Shown one piece after another: positions 41,731-42,175 of a stretch of DNA of 42,175 nt. The translations under genes and the position numbers were made by a program. Source of the DNA: Candidatus Micrarchaeota archaeon. Its GTDB lineage: Archaea > Micrarchaeota > Micrarchaeia > Anstonellales > Anstonellaceae. Location: assembly GCA_964458205.1 (NCBI GenBank), contig CAYWFJ010000003.1:1-42175 (forward strand), in the 5' to 3' direction. The first letter of the stretch is position 1. Every line of letters begins with the position of its first letter. Under the pieces are notes generated by a model that had not been told where the DNA came from, searched no databases, and saw nothing but the letters and a program-made list of their open reading frames with translations.

Positions 41731-42175
41731 TATGCTTGGGGACGCGACAGGGGAGGAGATAGGCCGCATACTCAACGACGCAAAGGAGAAAGGCGTGCAG
41801 TTCGTCGACCTTGAGTTCGTGGATATACAAGGCTCGCCGAAAATGTGCGAGATAACCGCCAAAAGGCTGGAGGACGTCCTTACGGACGGGACATGGTTCG
41901 ACGGCTCGTCCATAGAGGGGTTTGCAAGGATTGCCGAGTCGGACATGTTCCTGGTGCCGGACACCTCCACCTGGGCGCCGCTCCCGTGGGCGAAGAACAG
42001 GACCGCGAGGATGATATGCGACGTTTATGTCGACGAGAAAACGCCTTTCGCAGGCGACCCGCGCTCCATACTCAAAAGGCAGCTTGAGCGCGCCCGGGGC
42101 ATGGGCTTTGAATACAAGGTAGGGCCTGAGCTTGAATTTTTCCTCTTCAAGGGCATGAACAGAAATAACGACCCG
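41731..42175 (+). CDS. glnA: Glutamine synthetase type I, N-terminal part (runs off the window)
   Basis: Hand translation: MLGDATGEEIGRILNDAKEKGVQFVDLEFVDIQGSPKMCEI...DGSSIEGFARIAESDMFLVPD...GDPRSILKRQLERA...GPELEFFLF. It is not in the ORF track because there is no stop within the window. Confidence 0.9.

Noticed and set aside
1-42175. CRISPR arrays, rRNA genes, IS elements with inverted repeats, integrase genes
   Set aside because: I scanned for regularly spaced direct repeats and for rRNA-like conserved blocks and found none. The only repeats seen are the tRNA-related ones and the short hairpin motif near speH.

Overview
This is an archaeal chromosomal window. It is GC-rich by eye and tightly packed, with many 4-nt ATGA/GTGA start-stop overlaps, GGTGA/GGAGG Shine-Dalgarno sites and TTTATATA-type TATA boxes. 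The archaeal assignment rests on the rpl15e-Rpp30-Pop5 operon, fibrillarin, Dph2, archaeal-type UMP kinase, secF-secD gene order, translin, and tRNA genes with several non-canonical introns. A small-genome (DPANN-like) lineage is only my guess. More than half of the window is recognisable housekeeping: rpl15e, RNase P proteins, speH, secFD, ppsA, FKBP, dph2, a kinase-dCMP deaminase fusion, pyrH, lrp and glnA. Three regions are not ordinary. (1) At 3.1-18.4 kb, two operons diverge from a single TATA box. Leftward lies a ~1982-aa giant protein (signal peptide plus one TM helix), translationally coupled to a 740-aa, ~34-Cys lipoprotein carrying a split SLT (lytic-transglycosylase-like) domain. 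Rightward lie six tandem, translationally coupled paralogues of a polytopic membrane-protein family I cannot name. They share an LRxxPxTRxxGG...P core and an LGxE/D...RLI C-terminal tail. One has a knottin-like 6-Cys loop and one is interrupted by an in-frame TAG. I see no NTPase, pilin, relaxase or integrase, so the locus does not fit a canonical T4SS, Ced or pilus system. I flag it as a candidate uncharacterised envelope-spanning or cell-cell interaction system. (2) There is a tRNA/intron hot-spot. It holds a tRNA-Arg(CCU) with three putative introns, preceded by an AT-richer LAGLIDADG homing-endonuclease ORF that is bracketed by a duplicated tRNA 5' part. It also holds a tRNA-Lys(UUU) with two introns, a 55-nt module shared by introns sitting at different tRNA positions, and orphan tRNA-end fragments. 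(3) An 1850-aa cytoplasmic helical-repeat giant protein lies directly downstream of fibrillarin. I found no CRISPR array and no rRNA gene. All family calls are by-eye motif recognition; no database search was possible.
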